Positions 59,977-64,000 of a DNA stretch of 64,000 nucleotides are shown here, piece after piece. The stretch is taken from assembly GCA_016926915.1 (NCBI GenBank), contig JAFGNR010000040.1:230-64229 (forward strand), in the 5' to 3' direction. Under the pieces are notes generated by a model that ran no database searches, was not told the origin of the DNA, and was given only the letters and a program-made list of their open reading frames with translations. Both the position numbers and the translations under genes were made by a program. Each line of letters opens with the position of its first letter. The stretch's first letter is position 1. The DNA is from Anaerolineae bacterium. Lineage in GTDB: Bacteria > Chloroflexota > Anaerolineae > B4-G1 > SLSP01.

Positions 59977-60612
59977 TCAGTAGATGGGGTCCCAAAGACT
60001 CTCCCAAGCTCGACCGGAAGCTGCGGCTAGACGGGCAACCTCAGGCTCATCCGTGTACATCAAAGCCAAAGCATTCAGAGTACGCCGGCTGCGCTCCACG
60101 TAAGGCAAGATATGACCGTTCGGAGATCCCCATTCGTAGGGATGTTCTGTCACGGACGTCAGCGCCTCCTCGATTTCGACAAAAAGCGGGTCTGGTACAG
60201 ATTGTCCCGTTGCGAGCAAGGCCCCGACCTCCTGGACACGACGATCCAGTAATTCCAGTCGAACCGTACCCCGATTATCCTCCGGAGTCGCTGCGATCCA
60301 TACAACCTCGACACTCCGCTTGATCGTATACAGACGCTCTCCTGGGAGACTGCCTCCCGCCAGGAAAACAATCTGAATAAGGCCGACAAGCAGCGCCAGG
60401 GTGAAGATAAAAGTTGCCCCTTGGCGCAAAGTCAAACGCATACGGAAAGAAAAAGGCGCGCGACGAGACTCCGCTTCTTGCCAGACCCGAGCCTTGTACC
60501 ATATCCGGGATTTTGCTCCAGACGGAATTTGAACCTCTTGCATGTGCGAAAGATATTGTTCGACTAACTCAACTTCTGACATGTTGGGGACAGGTCCCTC
60601 AGTTCGACTCAT
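59977..60612 (-). CDS. Putative anti-sigma factor, DUF5667-like single-TM protein
   Basis: TM helix then SLPGERLYTIKR..E and RR..E motifs; overlaps sigma stop. Confidence 0.7.
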   Translation of the reverse strand: MSRTEGPVPNMSEVELVEQYLSHMQEVQIPSGAKSRIWYKARVWQEAESRRAPFSFRMRLTLRQGATFIFTLALLVGLIQIVFLAGGSLPGERLYTIKRSVEVVWIAATPEDNRGTVRLELLDRRVQEVGALLATGQSVPDPLFVEIEEALTSVTEHPYEWGSPNGHILPYVERSRRTLNALALMYTDEPEVARLAAASGRAWESLWDPIY

Positions 60613-61192
60613 CTTCCATGCCTCCATCAACAGAGAACGCAGCTTTCGCCTTCAAAACCCCACGAAGTTTCATCAAAGCACGCCGCATCTTGCTCTTCAC
60701 GGCATTGGCGTTACTGTGAACAACTTGCGCAATTTCCCCATTATTCAACCCACCGGCAAAACGCAAGATGATTACTTCACGTTCTGACGCCGTCAAATAC
60801 TCCAAGGCCTGCACTAATCCTTCGTAAGCGAAGCGGTCTTCAGGAGTAGCGCCTGGTAACATTATCTCGAAATCTTCCGACAATACAATTTCATGCTCAG
60901 CCTGTCGGTGAACGCGACGCCAGTAGTCCGCACGACGCGCACGGGCGATACTGAACAACCAAGCAGCAAAAGGGCGGCCTCGCTCTTTGTAACGCTGGAT
61001 GCTGGTCAGCATACCAGCAAAAACCTCCGCAGTCAGGTCTTCCGCCACCGCACTATCACCGGTGTGATACAACATATAACGGAAAACTTCATCAACGTAG
61101 CGATTGTATAGCGACTCCAGCGCCTTTGGATCGCCCTGGCGCGCTTGCTTAACCCAATATTGCTCATCTTTCTGGAGGGGCATGTCATTCAT
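60599..61192 (-). CDS. ECF RNA polymerase sigma factor
   Basis: AEDLTAEVF, FAAWLFSIAR, region 4 EREVIILRF..EIA..VKS. Confidence 0.92.
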   Translation of the reverse strand: MNDMPLQKDEQYWVKQARQGDPKALESLYNRYVDEVFRYMLYHTGDSAVAEDLTAEVFAGMLTSIQRYKERGRPFAAWLFSIARARRADYWRRVHRQAEHEIVLSEDFEIMLPGATPEDRFAYEGLVQALEYLTASEREVIILRFAGGLNNGEIAQVVHSNANAVKSKMRRALMKLRGVLKAKAAFSVDGGMEDESN

Positions 61193-61777
61193 TTTAAGCT
61201 ATCATCCAGATTCTTGGTGAGTATTGTTGCTGCCGCCCCAGATCATCAATGGATTTCAGGAAACATGGACGTGACACACTTCTCGACCCCGTACACCACA
61301 TCACGCAAAAACTATATACATCTGATAAACCAAAAATAACCTGAAGAATAACCAACTGGCTTCCCTGGCATCCAATTGTCAAGGGCCTTTATACTAATTA
61401 TCGTGTTATGCCCCCTCGAATGGTACGCCCACTTGGTAGGAATTCACTGAAAATCCCCCAATAATTCCGAAAGTCAACGTACCCTTTAGCCGTTCTCTAA
61501 CGATTTTCTAAGTAAGAGAGGGCAAATGGCTCCCTCCAGACTAGGGAGCGAAATCGCACACAGATTCAGATGTTAAAGAGCATACTTGATCCTAAGAATA
61601 CTATACTGCAATTTACGAATAGTTTCAAGTGAGTAGGAAAACAGTATAGCCCAGCGACGACGCCAAACAACTCAGTTCAAACCTGACTTCAGCATAATGA
61701 ACTCGAGAAGGCAACGCTACAAGGCTAGATACACCATCAGCAAGCGCATGGATGGACGGGCAATCGGGAGAGAAATC

Positions 61778-63670
61778 GTGAAGGCAATAGTAAGACGGAC
61801 AAAAAAGGAAGGGCAAGCCTTGGTGGAATTTGCGCTTATTCTACCTTTGCTGCTCATGATCATTGTAGGCATTTTCGAATTCGGGCGTGTATTATTCATC
61901 TACAGTAATCTCTTCAACGCGGTCCGAGAAGGTGCGCGGTATGGCATTACCAACCCACGGGATTGGAATGGTATTCACCAGGAGGCCCTCAACCTGATTG
62001 CGCTGGTGGATACAACGGATGTTACTTTCAACTTGATTGTGGAGTATGACAACGGACCGGGAACGCCACGCTTCGGCATGGATCAGCTGGGAAACGTTAT
62101 CGTCGGTGATCGCGTTGTCGTAACCATCCAATATGAAATTGTGCCGATCACACCGCTCCTGACTCCGATTGTAGAAGTGTTCCCTTTACGAACCGAAGCA
62201 GCCCGCACCATACAGACATTAGGCACTGTGGTATCCACGCCGCCGCCCACAGCTCCCCCCACCGGGAGTGTGACCCCTCCCCCGCCGACGGCAACCCCCA
62301 CGATAACGCCGACTGCTACAGCAACACCGACAATGCCGCCGACTGCCACAGCCACACCGACAACCCCGCCGCCCGCCACGGCGACGCCGGCGACACCGCC
62401 GCCCACAACGCTGCCGCCCACACCGACCCCCATCATCATCACTGAACCACTCAACGATGGCGACACAGCTGTGGAAGGCACCGCCGAAACCGGACAGATG
62501 GTAACGCTCCGCGTGGTCCAAACCGGCTATCAAACCAGCGTCATTGTGCAAAGCGGCACTTTCCTTTTCAGCAACTTGCCCCCGCTGGTAGCCGGCCATA
62601 CCATCATCGTGGAAGGATATGGGCAGCAAGACCTGGCTATTGTGCAAGGAACGCCGACAACACCCCCCCCGACAACGGCGCCGCCAACGGCCCATTTCCA
62701 GGTGGAACCGGACTGTGGACCAGCTGGCGTCAACTCGCTTACGGTTCATGCTTACAATTGGCCAACAGGGAATTACGTCACCATTTTCTTGAATAGCACC
62801 ATCATCGTTCCGTATTTCGGCAAAATCAGCGATCCGGATTTCTCGAAGACCTTCACCGTTGATTTAACCGAAGGCATGCACACACTTACGATGCAAGCCT
62901 GGACCAAGAAAGATCAGAGCGGTTCACTGGTCGCACAGTATTCCCAACCTGTCGAGTGCCCGTGTCCCAACCCAGATCTGACCATCACCCATCTATCCCT
63001 GCAGAACACGGCGCCCTTTGGTACTTATGAGAGAATCAAGTTCGAGGTTGCGCTGAAGAATCAGGGCGCCAAAGGTATTGCATCGGTCTTTTGGGTAGAT
63101 CTCTACGCCGACACTGTCCCCACCTATACGAACGCGAGTGTTGACTACGTCGCCATCAACGGCTTACCAGCAGGCGGCTCGATCACCTTCACAATGTGGA
63201 TTGAGGAAGGCTTCACAGTAACCGGCACCCATACTCTAACTGCGCTAGCAGACACCTGGGGACAGATCCCGGAATCGGATGAGGAGAATAACACCAGCAA
63301 CACGCTTGATGTTTATATAAGCAGCGAGAATCCTACACCAACCCCCACCCCCACGCCATCAGGCACCCCAGGCGCCCCAGCCACAATTCAGGGAACGACA
63401 TACATGGATGGGGTGCCACAAAACAACGTCAGCATCTATGTTTACGATATTGATGGACGGCTGACCTGGTCAGGGATCTCCCACAGCCAAGATATCGGCG
63501 GCATCATCATCGACGGGTACTACGAGGCCATCTTGCCAGCAGGCGACTATACAGTAAGTGGACAGGTGCGTATGGCCAACGGTCTGTATGTAGGACAAGT
63601 CGCGGTCATGAATCTGCTACCCGGCGAGTTCCGGCAGCTCGTGGATATCAACCTGTCAAAGGTAAACTGA
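61778..63670 (+). CDS. TadE-like pseudopilin fused to PT-rich linker, Ig-like, CARDB and beta-sandwich domains
   Basis: GQALVEFALILP prepilin motif, REGARY; PDL.I...D....I.ESDE.NN CARDB signature; GTG after GGGAG. Confidence 0.8.
   Translation: MKAIVRRTKKEGQALVEFALILPLLLMIIVGIFEFGRVLFIYSNLFNAVREGARYGITNPRDWNGIHQEALNLIALVDTTDVTFNLIVEYDNGPGTPRFGMDQLGNVIVGDRVVVTIQYEIVPITPLLTPIVEVFPLRTEAARTIQTLGTVVSTPPPTAPPTGSVTPPPPTATPTITPTATATPTMPPTATATPTTPPPATATPATPPPTTLPPTPTPIIITEPLNDGDTAVEGTAETGQMVTLRVVQTGYQTSVIVQSGTFLFSNLPPLVAGHTIIVEGYGQQDLAIVQGTPTTPPPTTAPPTAHFQVEPDCGPAGVNSLTVHAYNWPTGNYVTIFLNSTIIVPYFGKISDPDFSKTFTVDLTEGMHTLTMQAWTKKDQSGSLVAQYSQPVECPCPNPDLTITHLSLQNTAPFGTYERIKFEVALKNQGAKGIASVFWVDLYADTVPTYTNASVDYVAINGLPAGGSITFTMWIEEGFTVTGTHTLTALADTWGQIPESDEENNTSNTLDVYISSENPTPTPTPTPSGTPGAPATIQGTTYMDGVPQNNVSIYVYDIDGRLTWSGISHSQDIGGIIIDGYYEAILPAGDYTVSGQVRMANGLYVGQVAVMNLLPGEFRQLVDINLSKVN
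62240..62430 (+). repeat. Pro/Thr-rich low-complexity repeats (~30-bp units, PTATATPT)
   Basis: ccgactgctacagcaacaccgaca / ccgactgccacagccacaccgaca units. Confidence 0.75.
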
Positions 63671-63673
63671 GCC

Positions 63674-64000
63674 ATGAACACAAACCTGCGAGCTTCACTC
63701 ATCACAGTTCTCCTGATCGTCGCCATCACGACGCCGGTACTCGCTGCCGACCGCGACTGGGGAGAAAGTGATGTAATCGATCCGGTCAACCTGTCCAACA
63801 GTGGTGATGTCCGCCAGCCAGCTATGGCATTGGGGCCAGGCAACCAAATTGCAGTCGCCTGGTCAGAAGTCGGCGATGCAGACATCGTGGGATCGCAAGC
63901 CGGCATTCGCATCGCAGTGGGCGCCGGACAACCTGGGACACCACCACTGTATACATATCTAACTGGAACCGAAGACGTTTGGGGACCGGATATCACCTAC
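63674..64000 (+). CDS. Secreted protein, partial (runs off the window); possible beta-propeller blades
   Basis: MNTNLRASLITVLLIVAITTPVLA signal peptide, VNLSNS..QPAMA..IAVAWSE; open to the end. Confidence 0.65.
   Translation, partial: MNTNLRASLITVLLIVAITTPVLAADRDWGESDVIDPVNLSNSGDVRQPAMALGPGNQIAVAWSEVGDADIVGSQAGIRIAVGAGQPGTPPLYTYLTGTEDVWGPDITY

Noticed and set aside
61360..61560. sigma54-like TGGCAT/TGGTAC sites and a GGCAAA start resembling c-di-GMP-I upstream of the tadE-like gene
   Set aside because: -24/-12 spacing is wrong, and the riboswitch P2/P3 elements (GAAA loop, GCAAAG, CUAA receptor) are missing
62240..62430. Short repeats that might suggest a CRISPR array or VNTR
   Set aside because: In-frame degenerate Pro/Thr linker codons with no unique spacers and no cas genes

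Overview
GC-rich bacterial chromosomal window, most likely Chloroflexota/Anaerolineae (inferred from the GT39 protein with an Ig-like tail, LysM/M23 and FxLYD proteins, an FLPVVMK C-terminal motif, an ECF-DUF5667 pair and lineage-type RpoB inserts). It is mostly core genome. The + strand from 0.2-12.8 kb carries glnA, NUDIX, nth-like, dnaA, GT39, lactate permease, RR/HK, greA and lysS. The - strand carries an HD hydrolase, two LysM/M23 peptidases and mazG/yabN; the continuous rpoB-str-S10-spc-alpha-truA-rplM-rpsI supercluster (18.5-43.3 kb); two paralogous secreted proteins; a plsC/FxLYD/GGR/hydrolase/rsmF block; a BMP-type ABC transporter; clpC, rnc and an ECF sigma/anti-sigma pair. A Tad-pilin-like adhesin locus starts at the right edge. 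I saw no rRNA, tRNA, CRISPR or transposase. The most notable signal is a set of substitutions in normally conserved parts of the core expression machinery: EF-Tu with a rewritten switch I, a str-operon EF-G lacking the domain IV translocation motifs, a 5-aa insertion in the L22 tunnel loop plus an altered L4 loop, and RpoB rifampicin-pocket changes. Gene order is also rearranged: rpoB without rpoC, and dnaA without dnaN/rpmH, with the ribosomal operons pointing toward it. Several candidate cis-regulatory RNAs are present (attenuator before glnA, greA leader terminator, structured rpsJ-rplC spacer). All calls come from reading the sequence; no database searches or folding programs were run, and reference motifs are quoted from memory.
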